Origin: an uncultured Acidobacteriota bacterium
GTDB lineage: Bacteria; Acidobacteriota; UBA6911; RPQK01; JAPXNP01
DNA: 64,000 bases
Reading direction: 5' to 3'
NCBI GenBank assembly: GCA_963777605.1
Contig: CAVZRV010000008.1
Span: forward strand, 384,001-448,000
Shown here: in pieces, positions 10,089 to 21,405 of the stretch
How the letters are laid out: each line of letters begins with the position of its first letter
How positions within the stretch are numbered: position 1 is the first letter of the stretch
Notes under the pieces: generated by a model
Told to the model about the DNA's origin: nothing
The model's database searches: none
Seen by the model: the letters and a program-made list of their open reading frames with translations, nothing else
Translations under genes and position numbers: made by a program

Positions 10089-13000
10089 TCAGTCGAGCAC
10101 TTCCCGAATTTTGGCGATCAGGGCGCTCACGGAAAACGGCTTCTGCAGGAAGTGCGCGCTGTTTTCGACGCCCCTGAGGGCCATCACATCGGCCGTGTAG
10201 CCGGAGATGAACAATACCTGAATTTCTGGGTGTATGGCCGAAATCCGTTCGTAGAGTTCCCTTCCGTTCATCCCCGGCATGACGACATCGGTCAGCAACA
10301 GCTGTACCGGCCCTTCGTGTGAGTGCAGAATCTGAATGGCTTCGTGTCCGTTCGAGGCAACCAGAACCGAATAGCCCCTGCGCTTGAGGATCGTTTGGGC
10401 GAGGTTTCTCACCGCAGGGTTGTCCTCCACCAACAGAATCGTTTCCGACCCCTCCAGAGCGGCAATATCGGTCTTCGTCGAGTCACTCTGTCCCTCCTGG
10501 TCCGCGTCTTCCACAGCCGGGAGGAATATCCTGCAAGTTGTGCCTTTTCCGACCTCACTTTCGATGGCGACCCGTCCTCCATGCTGTTTCACGATCCCGT
10601 AGACAGTTGACAGGCCCAGGCCAGTTCCTCCGGCCAGTCCCTTCGATGTGAAGAACGGTTCGAAAACTTGTTCACATGTCGCAGCGTCCATTCCGTGGCC
10701 GGTGTCGGAGACCTCCAGCAGGACGTATGGTTCCGAGTTGACTTCTTCAAGGTCGAGGGCGGCCGTCTCATCGAGACGCACCCTTTTCGTCCGAATCGTC
10801 AGCCGCCCGCCTTCGGGCATAGCGTCCTGGGCATTGACCGCCAGGTTCATGACAACCTGCTCCAGGTGGCCGCTGTCTCCGAGGATCGAGGGGAGATCCT
10901 GACCCAGCACTATCTCAATGGAGACGTCCTCCGGGATCATCCGTCGCAGCAACCGTTCAAAGTCCCGTACCAGGGTGTTGAGGTTGACGGGGCTGAATTC
11001 CAGCCTCTGCTTCCGGCTGAAGGCCAGGAGTTGGCCGACCAGGTCACGTGCTCTTCGTGCCGCCTCCACGATCTCCTCCACCGGTTCTCGAATCGGATCG
11101 CTGTCAGCACTGTCCTCGAGAATCATTTCGCCGTATCCCAGAATGGGAGAGAGCAGGTTATTCAGGTCATGGGCCACGCCGCCGGACAGGCGACCGATCG
11201 ATTCCAGCTTTTGGGCGTGGTGGTACTGTTGCTCCATCCGTAGTTCCTGCGTGATGTCACGCATCGCGGCGACGAAACCGGTGATCCGCTTCACGGCATC
11301 GAATAGAGGCGAAATGACGGCATATTCCGTGTAAAGAGCACCATCCTTGCGGCGGTTGACCATTCGGCCGCGCCAGGTCTCTCCAGCCGTGATCGTCGAC
11401 CAGAGCTGTTGATAGAACTCCGGTGACTGCCGATCCGACTTGAGAATCCTCGGGTTCCGGCCGATCACCTCCGCCCGGCTGAAGCCGGTCACTCTCTCAA
11501 ACGAGGGATTGACGTACTGAATGACCCCGGCGGAATCGGTAATGATGATGGTCTCATCGGCCTGTTCGATCGCTGCCATCAACCGGTTGCGCTCCGCCTC
11601 CGCTTCCTTTCGTACGGTGATATCCGTGACGATTGAGTAGAGGAGCTGTTGTTCTCCCACCCGAACCGGCCCGCAAAATACCTGGACATCTCTGACCTGA
11701 CCGTTGGCAAGGACGTGCTGAAACTCAAATACTGTCTGCTCGCGCCGCCGTGCCCGCTTCATGGCGCTTCGGGTGTCCGGTTCGCTGTATAGGTTGAGGT
11801 CGAAGATCTTCAGCCGGGTGATTTCGTCCATGTTGTACCCGTAGAACTCACACGACGCGGTATTGGCTTCGACAATTGCACCGGACTCAGGATCGATCAG
11901 CAGTTTGACGGCGGGGTTCTTTTCGAACAGATCCCGGTAGCGCCTCTCGCTATCGAGCAGCAATTCCTCGGCATGCTTCCGTTCGGTAATGTCATTGGCA
12001 TAGACCGCGACACGGGCGACGGTCCCGTCGGAATCAAGAACGGGCCAAACGTGATGAACGAACCATCTCCCGCCCCGCTGATCTGCGAAGACCTGGGGCC
12101 TTCCGGTCTCCTGGACCTGCTCGAGGAATCTCCGGCGGCGGAATCCCAACTCGTCCGGGATCAGTTCGGCGGCTAACGTGCCGAGACACTCCTCTACCCG
12201 CTTTCCCAGCCTGGCGGCAAATGTTTCGTTGGCCGCCAATACCGTCCCTTCGCGGTCGAGCAGGCAGAGGGATTCATCAATCGCATTGAAGAATGAGCTC
12301 AGATTCTCCTCGTTGGCCCGGATTGCGGCCGCATCGCTTCTCTGTTTGAGGGCGATCGAGATATTGCCGGCGAGCCGTTCGAAAAGGGCGATTTTCTCTG
12401 GCGTGAATCGGTCCTTTCGGGAGTCGTTAAGCTGAATCAGCCCAAGCCGTTCACTGCCGCAGATCAGCGGAACGAGAGCGACCGACTCGTAGCCCTCGCC
12501 GTTACATCGGTTCCGGGTCCGTGACTGACGGTCCTGTTCAGCGGTCGAAAGCCAGAAGATCGGTCGTGCTGTTGGCCCAGAAGGAGCCCTTATCAGTGAA
12601 GAATGGAAGCTCGGGATTGAATCTACCGCAAATGACATTTCCGCACATGCACTCGAGAACCGGGTTGCCGTCTCTGTCACGAATCAGTTCTCCATTCCCA
12701 TCCACGGCACAGAGGGAACTCTCCCGTTCAACGAACCGGGCTGGGAATCCCCGGGTCTCAAAGTATGGGTAATCGCTCCCGTCCTTCAATCGAATGGCGA
12801 CGGCATCGCAGCCGGACCACTGCTGTATCAGCAGGGTCACCTCACGAATCAGGGCCCTAGTCTGATTTGGCTGCGTCAGAAGTTGAAGGAGATCGATGGT
12901 AACGTCCCGCTCGAGCGTGAGGCTCTTAAGGCTCGAAATGTCATGAATTGTAACCAGGAGATGGGCTTCGCCTTCCGTCGATCCAGGATTTGAATAGGAC

Positions 13001-13510
13001 CCACTCGACTGGGCCTGGATGGCGGCGTGAAAGGTGCGTCCTTCCCCTATGCTCTTCTCCGGGCTCTCGCCGAACTTTAAGCTCGATCGAATTCTCGGCC
13101 GGATTGCGGAAGAATTCGCGATAGAGGGCGCGAAAGGTGGAGGCATCCACGTCAACCAGGAGATCGGCGAACGGGGTATCGTTCAGATTCTCGCCTTGCC
13201 GGTTCAGCATCCTTAAGCAAGCCTCGTTCGCCTGCCGAATGACCCCAGATTCGTCCAAAACTACGTAGGCAATCGGGGCGTTTTGGAAGATAGCGCCGAG
13301 TCGATCCCAGGGATGAGCCAGGTCCATTTGTGCCTGTCGGAGTTCCTCGTCCCGAATCTCCAACTCCGCGCGGCAGACGTCCAATTCATGCAGAAGCTCT
13401 CGGGCTTCGGTTGGATCGAGGCCCCGTAATTCGCCCGAAGTTTTACGGAGCAGTTCTTCGGCCCGGTTGCGGGGGGATAGCCTGGAGTCAGGAATCTTCT
13501 CATCGCTCAT
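10089..13510 (-). CDS. Hybrid sensor histidine kinase (PAS-GAF-3xPAS-HisKA-HATPase-REC), split by two frameshifts (~13050, ~12549)
   Basis: Three overlapping ORFs give one domain order; GGVAHDLNN H-box, NLAVNAQDAM, GTGLGLS, receiver LLVEDN...LLTDVVMP...FLQKP. Confidence 0.88.
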
Positions 13511-14095
13511 TCTTCAACCTGCAGTGATCCATAAAGACATTTCACCCTACCGTCGGCATGTTTCTCCGGTACCGCGGACCATGCTCCCGTCGGTGCGGAT
13601 TGCATCCACGTGTTCCTGGTAGGGAGCCCCTCGTTCAGCACCCGCCGCAGCACTTTGATCGGTCGCTTCGTTGAACGCTTGAAGTAGAGTTTGGGGGGGC
13701 GAATACTGAACGGGGCAGTCTCAGACGGCGGTTTCCCAAAGATCCGAAAGAATCCGTCCGAAAAGCTGACACGGCCTCGAACCACATAACAACTCCAACT
13801 CGCCAACCGGGCAGCTATTCAGCATCAGCCTTCAACCGGGTCTAGCGCTGGTAGAGCTTTCCGTTCCGCAAAGTTACTGCTCGGCCTTCAACCGGTTTGC
13901 TTTTTGCCACGGACAACAATCAATCATATACCTTTACTGAGGTGAAAGTGGTCAAGAGAAGGTGCCGAACGCTACGCCCGGGCAGTTCGGGTCACCACTC
14001 GGGATCGGCCGGCGAGCGGTAGCTGGATCGCGCACAGGGGTGATTTCCAGCCGGAATGGCCGATTTTCTCTGGCGTGAGAATCGCCGTTCGGTTC

Positions 14096-14125
14096 TTGAC
14101 AGGTTCCGCCGGGCCTTCCTATACT
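14096..14125 (+). promoter_or_regulatory. Putative sigma70 promoter of the M23 peptidase gene
   Basis: TTGACA-N18-TATACT, about 80 bp upstream of GTG 14204. Confidence 0.6.
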
Positions 14126-14203
14126 TGTCGCGTTTCGATTCATCCAGAGCTTTGGGGGCGTTCTGTTCGGGAATCCTAAAATCTTGCAACCGGGAAGGGT
14201 GTT

Positions 14204-15097
14204 GTGAAAAAGGACTCGAGAGGGGACTTTCTAATCACGGTTTCCCGGGAGGGTTGGCCGTTCGGCCGGTCCTTCAACCTTACGATTAAACTTCTGGTTT
14301 CGACGCTTATTGTCGTGCTTTGCTGCATGACCGGGTTGATCCTCGCGTCATTTCACTACTACCGGATGTGGCTCCAGACCGAGGATTATGCCCGCTTGCA
14401 GGGACGGGTGTACCAGCTTCGCAAGGACGACGAAGGCCTGCGCCTGTCGGCAAAGCAGTTGAGCGACCAGATAGCCGCGCTCCAGGTCACGGCCCAGAAA
14501 CTCAAGATTGTTTCGGGTTTTGACCCCGATGCCCTTGGCGGAGTGGGCGGGCCTGCCGGGAAATCAAATCCGGTGCTCAGCTTGAGCCATAGCGACCTGA
14601 CCCGGCATTTCAAGACCTTGGACAGGAAGCGGATCTCGCTGGAGAGTGAACTTCGTCAGCTTCAGGACTACTACACGACTTCGGAAATTCTCCTGGCCTC
14701 GACCCCGTCGATCATCCCGGTGAAGGGGTATCCTTCCGACCGATACGGGACCCGGGACGATCCATTTACCGGCAATAAGGACTTCCATCCGGGGATCGAC
14801 ATCTCGGCCCCGAAGGGGACGAAGGTGGCTGCATCTGCGGACGGCTTGGTTGTATTCGCAGGACGGCGGCTCGGCTACGGGAAGTTGGTCAGCCTGGAGC
14901 ACAAGTTCGGCCTCTCTACCCGCTACGGGCATTTGGACCGGTACGTGGTAAAGGCCGGACAGCGGGTGAAGAAGGGCGATATCATTGGCTATGTCGGCTC
15001 GACGGGCCGGGCCACGGGTTCGCACCTGCATTACGAAGTCCGCCTTCGGAACCAGCCGCTCAATCCGCTCCGATTCTTCCAGGATTCGATCAACTAG
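14204..15097 (+). CDS. M23 family metallopeptidase (MepM/NlpD-like), N-terminal TM plus coiled coil
   Basis: FHPGIDI, STRYGHL, GSTGRATGSHLHYEVR. Confidence 0.95.
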   Translation: MKKDSRGDFLITVSREGWPFGRSFNLTIKLLVSTLIVVLCCMTGLILASFHYYRMWLQTEDYARLQGRVYQLRKDDEGLRLSAKQLSDQIAALQVTAQKLKIVSGFDPDALGGVGGPAGKSNPVLSLSHSDLTRHFKTLDRKRISLESELRQLQDYYTTSEILLASTPSIIPVKGYPSDRYGTRDDPFTGNKDFHPGIDISAPKGTKVAASADGLVVFAGRRLGYGKLVSLEHKFGLSTRYGHLDRYVVKAGQRVKKGDIIGYVGSTGRATGSHLHYEVRLRNQPLNPLRFFQDSIN

Positions 15098-15129
15098 TGT
15101 CCTGAGTCGGTCGCAGTGGTCAAGGTTCC

Positions 15130-15905
15130 AATTCAGCCCGGCCCCTCCGTGCTGCGGAGATCATCCGCAGGGTGAACCTGCTGAAGCATCGCCAGATGAG
15201 CGCGCCGACGCAGGGTCATTTTCAGCCCGGCGCCAACACCCGGGAATGGGAGCCGGGACGGCAATGCAGCCCTGAAAGTGCGATTCAGTCCCGGTGGCGG
15301 ACTGTTTCAGAACAAACCGGAAATCAAGAATCATGGATTGAGAATGTTCGCTGTCGCCGGGCAAGCTGCCCGGCAGACATCCCAGGCAAGGCTGCCTGGA
15401 TTACTCCCCTCCAGGAACGAGAAACCAGGAACCAGGAACTCATCCCAAAGTGAAGTTTCAGGTCAGCCGGGCCCCCGGCGCGCGCCGGACCATTCAGAGC
15501 GTGAAACTCGGCACGGGCGCTGAAGGCGCCTTGGTTTCAGCCCAGGGCTTGCCCTGGGTCTGTGGTCCTGCACTTCGATTGCGGCCTGTAAGGTCGCGCC
15601 GATTCTTCACGTCCGGAGAGCTGTGCCGCCCTTTCAGGGCTGGATTCTTGATGGGTGGGCCGTAAACCCAGGCAAATGCCTGGGCTGGAAACAGGCCCCC
15701 TTCAGGGGCCAGCCCGGCGCCGATCCCGTGATCATCACTCATCCACGGCTGGCACCGGAACAGGAACCAGGATCCAGCCGATAATCGCGCCCCTGGCTCT
15801 CCACAACCAGGTTCCGGCCAGAGTAAATCACGTCATTGGCTCTCCACCGATCGGCCAATTCAGATCCAGACGCGTCCAAATCACTCCAGGATTTCCAGTT
15901 CAACC
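15130..15905 (+). repeat. Modular palindromic intergenic repeat, copy 1 (module A then module B)
   Basis: Long near-identical inverted match to 52440-53180; hairpins GCCCTTTCAGGGC, CCCAGGCAAATGCCTGGG, CCCAGGGCTTGCCCTGGG. Confidence 0.9.
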
Positions 15906-16180
15906 CATCTTCATGGGCCGGGATGCGGAGTACGTCGATTCCCCAATCCCCGTCTCCGCGACTCCTCCTTTCCATCGAGTGTCATCCCGGCCGGGTTCTC
16001 GTTGCGCAAAATCGATTCCAATTCTTAGATTCCTGATAAAATATTAAAAATAAATGCCTTAGGATTTTGGCTGTGAAGATCCGAGAAGAGAAGTCGAGGG
16101 CTGGCTGGAGGATTTGTCGGGAGATGTCTTTGACTTCTTCAGAAAGATTGAAGGATCGCAGATCAGGTTAGACTTTCGAG

Positions 16181-16771
16181 GTGTTGATGCATCATAAGTT
16201 CGAGAGGGAAATGGAGCAGACCGACCAGTACCTTCTAGAACTGGCAGTAAGAGGGGACGGGGGGTCTTTCGGCCAACTCATGGAGCGCTGGGACCGGAAG
16301 ATCTTCGGCTTTATCCGGCGATATGTTGGCAACCGTGAGGATGCCGAGGACCTGACTCAGAATACATTTGTCAAGGCCTTTCAGAACTTGGGGAGCCTGT
16401 CGAACCCCAGTCATTTTGCGTCCTGGCTTTACAAGATTGCCCTCAACGAATGCAGGATGACATTCCGGAAGCAGAAAGGGCGGACCGCCGTTTCTCTCGA
16501 GGACTCTCAGCCTGAAGTGGACGACCGGACCAGGGAAGAGATTTCTCCCGAGCGGACACTCGAAGGAAGGGAGAAGGTCTCTCGGTTGGAAGAAGCCTTT
16601 CGGAAGCTTCCCGTCGAACAGCGGGAGGTTCTCCTGATGAAGGAGTTCCAGGGGCTTCGATTTCAGGACATCGCCGACGTCCTGGGTATTCCGGTCTCGA
16701 CGGCGAAGTCACGTTTGTACCTGGGCCTGAAGTCGCTCAGGTGTGTGCTGGAGAACGAAGATGAACTGTGA
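16181..16771 (+). CDS. ECF sigma-70 factor (alternative start ATG 16211)
   Basis: DAEDLTQNTFVKAF, FASWLYKIALN, LPVEQREV...DIADVLGIPVSTAKSRL. Confidence 0.95.
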   Translation: MLMHHKFEREMEQTDQYLLELAVRGDGGSFGQLMERWDRKIFGFIRRYVGNREDAEDLTQNTFVKAFQNLGSLSNPSHFASWLYKIALNECRMTFRKQKGRTAVSLEDSQPEVDDRTREEISPERTLEGREKVSRLEEAFRKLPVEQREVLLMKEFQGLRFQDIADVLGIPVSTAKSRLYLGLKSLRCVLENEDEL

Positions 16772-17318
16772 GCAATGTCAGGATTTGATGGTCGAAGTGC
16801 TCTACGGGGAGGAAGTTCGTCCACGGGTCTCCTACGAGTTTTTTGCTCATCTCAGGGGTTGCCCGACCTGTGACAGTGAGTACGTGGAACTCCTGGAAAC
16901 CCGGGAGCAATTGTCTTCCTGGAACATTCCGGAAGAGCCCCGCGCGAATCTGCCGACCTTTTCCGGATGGAAGTCGGGACTGGCACGGATGTGGTGGCCG
17001 GGCTTGCAGAAGCTGGCCGCCGGAGTCCTGGTGGCCGCCGGCATCCTGTTCCTGCTTCAGCAGGCTGGGTGGGTGAACCTGGGGCAGACCACGACCGACG
17101 AGCACATCGAGGAGATGGTGCAGAACCTGGTTGCGGCCCGCCAGGAGGAGACCCTGCGGGTAATTGGCGGAGCCCTCCTCGACATCAAGGAAGACATGAC
17201 GATGCGGAACCGGGCCACGATGGATTCGGTCTACGGGGACATGTACACGCTGGAGAAGAGATACCTCCAGGTTCTCGAAGAGAACAACCAGCAACTGGGG
17301 CGTTTGTTGCAGCGTTAA
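16761..17318 (+). CDS. Anti-sigma factor, zf-HC2 with one TM helix
   Basis: MNCEQC...HLRGCPTC (HxxxCxxC), TM LAAGVLVAAGILFLL; overlaps the sigma gene. Confidence 0.88.
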   Translation: MNCEQCQDLMVEVLYGEEVRPRVSYEFFAHLRGCPTCDSEYVELLETREQLSSWNIPEEPRANLPTFSGWKSGLARMWWPGLQKLAAGVLVAAGILFLLQQAGWVNLGQTTTDEHIEEMVQNLVAARQEETLRVIGGALLDIKEDMTMRNRATMDSVYGDMYTLEKRYLQVLEENNQQLGRLLQR

Positions 17319-17329
17319 GAGGGGGAGTC

Positions 17330-17884
17330 ATGTGGTATATACTAATTGGTTTGGTTGCTTTTCTTAGCGCCGGTGGCCCCGCTCTCGCAGCCGAAGGGCC
17401 GGGTCCGAGAGTTGCCGAGATCAAGAAGGATTCGAGAGTCTTCGAGAAGATCATCACGGAGGTACTCCGCCAGAGTTTCGAGAATCCGTTTGCAGTTGCC
17501 GCTGAGCCGCAGGCTGCATTCGTCCCCGACTACGGGATCGTGGTGTCCTTTTACGTAAAGATCAATCGGGGGACCCTGAAAGGTTTTACTGGAGACGCCC
17601 CGGACACTTCGCTGGGCGGGCCCGAGTCAACCGAAGAGCAGCTGGAACGGGTACGCAACACTGTGCTCAGGTCGCTGGCCGAGTATGCCAGCACATTGAA
17701 GCACTTGTCCGCGAAGGAACGGGTGGCGATCTGTGCTCACGTTGAGGACCGAAATCCACTGGATCCTTCACGAAACAGGACCGACATCGTGGCCAGCTCT
17801 CTGAAGTCGGATATCGATGATTATATGACCCGGAAGATCGACAGTGATGAATTCCGGCGTCGGGTTCAGTATCTGGAGTACTAG
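17330..17884 (+). CDS. Hypothetical periplasmic protein
   Basis: GGGGAG SD, signal peptide MWYILIGL...ALA; stop codon abuts the gspE start. Confidence 0.75.
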   Translation: MWYILIGLVAFLSAGGPALAAEGPGPRVAEIKKDSRVFEKIITEVLRQSFENPFAVAAEPQAAFVPDYGIVVSFYVKINRGTLKGFTGDAPDTSLGGPESTEEQLERVRNTVLRSLAEYASTLKHLSAKERVAICAHVEDRNPLDPSRNRTDIVASSLKSDIDDYMTRKIDSDEFRRRVQYLEY

Positions 17885-19603
17885 ATGATTCAGCTTGCGG
17901 ATCTTCAAACCAGGAAAAGGTTTGGCGACGTTCTGGTTGAGAAGGGGGTGGTTTCCACGGAAGAGCTCGCCACCGTGCTCAACCTGCGGGATCAGACCCA
18001 CGAACGGGTCGGCAAGCTGCTCGTCGATTTGGGTGCACTTTCGGAAACCGACCTGGCTAAGCATCTCAGTGAGTATCTCAATGTTCCTTTCGTGACCGGA
18101 GACGAACTTCCCTCGGTCCCGGTGATCGAGAATGCGTTTTCGGTCAAGTTCATGAGAGAGTGCCGCTTCGTTCCCATCGCGCGTGAAGGCGAGGAGAGCC
18201 TTGTGCTCGCAATGGCCGACCCCCTGGATCGGTCAACTCTGGATGCGGTGAAACTGTACACGCGGTTCAAGACGCTCGAAGTACGACTCGCACCGGAGAG
18301 CGAGATCATGGATCTGATCGAGAAGTTCTACGGCAACCAGTCGTCGAGCTTTGGCCGGATAGTCGAGGGAATCGGTGAAGACGGCCGGGAGGGGTTCGGA
18401 GAGGAACTGGAGGACATTGAACAGCTCAAGGACCTGGCTTCGGAAGCTCCGGTTATTCGACTCGTCAACCTGATCATCTCCCGCGCCATCGAGTCGCGGG
18501 CATCCGATATTCACATCGAGCCATTTGAGAAGGAACTCAAGGTCCGGTGCCGAATCGATGGTGTGCTCTACGACGTGGAGTCTCCACCGAAGCGGCTCAA
18601 GGCGGCCATCATCTCCCGGGTCAAGATCATGGCCAAGCTCAACATCGCGGAGCGCCGGGTTCCCCAGGATGGCCGGATCAAGATGCGGGTGTTGGGCAGG
18701 GACATCGACCTGCGCGTATCCACTCTTCCGACCATGTACGGGGAGAGCGTGGTTATGCGTATTCTGGACAAGAGCAACACCCAAATTTACGACCTGGAGA
18801 GCCTCGGATTCAGTCCCGGCATGCTGTCCGAAATCGATGAGCAGATCCGCCGTCCACACGGGATCATACTGGTGACGGGTCCGACCGGAAGCGGTAAGAC
18901 GACCACCCTCTATGCGGCGTTGACCAAGATCAACCTTCCCGACAAGAAGATCATCACGATTGAGGACCCGGTTGAGTACCAGATCAACGGCATCAACCAG
19001 ATTCATGTCAATCCCCAGATCGGTCTGACTTTTGCTGCCGGGCTGCGCTCGATCGTCCGCCAGGATCCGGACGTGATCATGGTTGGTGAGATGCGCGACC
19101 TGGAAACGGCCGAGATCGGTATTCGGGCTGCCCTGACCGGGCACCTGGTCTTCTCAACGCTTCACACGAACGACGCTCCCAGCGCCATCGCCCGCCTGGT
19201 CGACATGGGGGCCGAGGACTACCTGATTGCCTCCTCCGTGCTCGGAGTACTGGCCCAGCGGTTGGTTCGGGTCATCTGTCCCGAATGCAAGGAAGCGGTC
19301 GATATGGATCGGGAGTACCTCCAGGAAATTGGCTTTCTCCAGAACTGGGATGGTCAGATCTACGAGGGGAAGGGCTGCAAAGAGTGCAGTAACACCGGTT
19401 TCCTGGGACGAGTCGGGATCTACGAGTTGATGCGGATGAACGATGAAGTCCGGCGGTTGACGATATCGAACGCCGACGCCGGGCAGTTGCGCAAAGCAGC
19501 CGTCAACGGAGGGATGGTGACTCTCCGGCGAGACGGCTTCGAAAAAGTGCGGTTGGGTGTCACAACGATTGCGGAAGTGATGCGCGTGACGCAGGATGTC
19601 TAG
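17885..19603 (+). CDS. gspE: Type II secretion ATPase GspE
   Basis: LNIAERRVPQDGR, GPTGSGKTTTLY, TIEDPVEY, RQDPDVIMVGEMRD, LTGHLVFSTLHTN, Cys4 motif. Confidence 0.95.
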   Translation: MIQLADLQTRKRFGDVLVEKGVVSTEELATVLNLRDQTHERVGKLLVDLGALSETDLAKHLSEYLNVPFVTGDELPSVPVIENAFSVKFMRECRFVPIAREGEESLVLAMADPLDRSTLDAVKLYTRFKTLEVRLAPESEIMDLIEKFYGNQSSSFGRIVEGIGEDGREGFGEELEDIEQLKDLASEAPVIRLVNLIISRAIESRASDIHIEPFEKELKVRCRIDGVLYDVESPPKRLKAAIISRVKIMAKLNIAERRVPQDGRIKMRVLGRDIDLRVSTLPTMYGESVVMRILDKSNTQIYDLESLGFSPGMLSEIDEQIRRPHGIILVTGPTGSGKTTTLYAALTKINLPDKKIITIEDPVEYQINGINQIHVNPQIGLTFAAGLRSIVRQDPDVIMVGEMRDLETAEIGIRAALTGHLVFSTLHTNDAPSAIARLVDMGAEDYLIASSVLGVLAQRLVRVICPECKEAVDMDREYLQEIGFLQNWDGQIYEGKGCKECSNTGFLGRVGIYELMRMNDEVRRLTISNADAGQLRKAAVNGGMVTLRRDGFEKVRLGVTTIAEVMRVTQDV

Positions 19604-19705
19604 CCTGAGACCGCCAGTATTTCGAGCGAGCGGAACTTCGAAGCCTTGGGATTCGGGTTGAGACTTTACAGGCGAGCTCGGATCTACCTGTTAGGGATTA
19701 TTTGA

Positions 19706-20926
19706 ATGCCATTCTTCCAGTACAAAGTCGTAACGGCTGACGGGCGGATTGCCGAAGGCACCCTTGAGGCGGCGGACCGCAAGATAGCTCTTGCCCGTCT
19801 CGAGGAACAGGGCCAGTTGCCGATAAAGGTGTTCTCGCCAGACGAAGAGGGCATCTTTGGCTCGGAACTGCAGCTCCCCTGGAAGCGGAAGCGGGTGCCG
19901 CGCAATGATCTCCTGATCTTTACTCAGGAATTGGCGGCGCTCCTGCGCGCCGGGCTTCCCCTCGACCGCAGCCTGACCATCCTCGGCGACCTGACCGAGA
20001 ACCAGTACCTGAAGGAGATCGGCAACGAACTCTTGCGCGAGATCAAGGGAGGCAAGTCTCTCTCGGAGGGCTTGGCGATGTACCCCCGGGTGTTTCCCAA
20101 GCTCTACGTGAGCATGATTCGTGCCGGGGAGATCAGCGGCACGCTCGAACAGATCCTTGCCCGGGTTGCCGAGTACCTCGAGGAGGCGGAAGAACTCAAA
20201 GGCTATTTTGTCTCTTCTTTGATCTACCCGGCGATCCTGGGCCTGGTCGGCAGTGGTTCGATCATTATTATGGTGACCTTCGTGATCCCGAAGTTCGCCG
20301 CCATCTTTGAAAACGCCGGGGCGCCGATCCCGCTTCCAATGCAGATCCTGTTGACCATCAGCGGCGTGTTGACCGGCTACTGGTGGCTGATTCTCCTGAC
20401 GCTTGGCGGACTCGGGTACCTGTGGCGACGGAACATGGCCACCGAAGAGGGCCGCCTGAACTGGGATCGCAGAGTGCTGCGCATCCCCTTGCTCGGGAGC
20501 CTGCTGCAGCGGCTTGAAGTGAGTCGCTTCTCGAGAACCCTGGGGACGCTTCTGCAAAGTGCGGTGCCCCTGATCCAGTCGATCGGGATCGTCCGCGACG
20601 TTGTCAGCAGCAAGGTTATATCGACGGCGATGGACGGTGTTATCGCGGGTGTCAAGAAAGGCGACGGACTGGCAACGCCCGTGAAGCAGGCCAAGATCTT
20701 CCCGGCCTTTGCGGTTCACCTGCTGGAAGTGGGTGAGGAGACCGGCCGGCTCGACGAGATGCTTCTTCAAATAGCCGATACCTACGACCGCGAGCTGAGG
20801 ACCTCGATCAAGCGCTTGGTTGCCCTTTTCGAGCCGCTCATGATCTTGTTCATGGGGCTCGTGATCGGGTTGATGGTTGTCTCGATGCTGTACTCGATCT
20901 TCAGCATCAACGATGTCCCGCTGTGA
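19706..20926 (+). CDS. gspF: Type II secretion inner-membrane platform GspF
   Basis: FTQELAALLRAGLPL, AGEISGTL, GEETGRLDEML, LFEPLMI. Confidence 0.95.
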   Translation: MPFFQYKVVTADGRIAEGTLEAADRKIALARLEEQGQLPIKVFSPDEEGIFGSELQLPWKRKRVPRNDLLIFTQELAALLRAGLPLDRSLTILGDLTENQYLKEIGNELLREIKGGKSLSEGLAMYPRVFPKLYVSMIRAGEISGTLEQILARVAEYLEEAEELKGYFVSSLIYPAILGLVGSGSIIIMVTFVIPKFAAIFENAGAPIPLPMQILLTISGVLTGYWWLILLTLGGLGYLWRRNMATEEGRLNWDRRVLRIPLLGSLLQRLEVSRFSRTLGTLLQSAVPLIQSIGIVRDVVSSKVISTAMDGVIAGVKKGDGLATPVKQAKIFPAFAVHLLEVGEETGRLDEMLLQIADTYDRELRTSIKRLVALFEPLMILFMGLVIGLMVVSMLYSIFSINDVPL

Positions 20927-20976
20927 CGCTCCGTCCGGGTAGCGATGCTGAATAACCTATGATGAAGGAAGTGAAT

Positions 20977-21405
20977 ATGTACAAGAAGGAAGGAAGAACT
21001 GGCGGAAGTCGCGGTTTTTCGCTGATCGAGCTTATTGTCGTGCTCGTGATCCTGGGGCTCCTGGCTACAGTGGTCGGCCCCAAGGTTATGGACAAGCTCA
21101 GCAAGGGGAAGGCGGAGATCGCCAAACTCCAGCTGCACGATCTCGAAGGGGCGGTGGGCCTCTTCCGCTTCGACGTGGGGCGCTATCCCAACACCGCGGA
21201 AGGGTTGACCGCACTGATCCAGAATCCGGGTATCGACAACTGGTCCGGTCCCTACCTGAGCAAGAACACCCTCCCCAAGGATCCCTGGGGACGGGATTAT
21301 CAGTATCGGAGTCCCGGACTGCACGGAGACTACGACCTGTACTCTCTTGGTGCCGACGGGGTCGAGGGAGGAGAGGATGACAGCGCAGACGTCACCTCGT
21401 GGTGA
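20977..21405 (+). CDS. gspG: Major pseudopilin GspG
   Basis: G|FSLIELIVV, FRFDVGRYP...GL.AL, W.GPYL, PKDPWG, YSLGADG. Confidence 0.96.
   Translation: MYKKEGRTGGSRGFSLIELIVVLVILGLLATVVGPKVMDKLSKGKAEIAKLQLHDLEGAVGLFRFDVGRYPNTAEGLTALIQNPGIDNWSGPYLSKNTLPKDPWGRDYQYRSPGLHGDYDLYSLGADGVEGGEDDSADVTSW

Noticed and set aside
9373-14000. Genomic island integrated at ssrA
   Set aside because: No integrase gene and no duplicate of the tmRNA 3' end seen in the window
15454-15508. GTTTCA...TGAAAC-bounded unit as a CRISPR repeat or integron attC site
   Set aside because: Unit is ~55 bp and degenerate, the intervening modules are 270-400 bp and themselves repeated, no cas or intI gene is present, and the ends do not follow the attC RYYYAAC...GTTRRRY order
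15172-16047. Short ORFs resembling those at 52408-53132 (e.g. ...KHRQ.S.PT.QGHFQPG)
   Set aside because: Similarity comes from the DNA repeat; indels break frames between copies and several frames are equally similar
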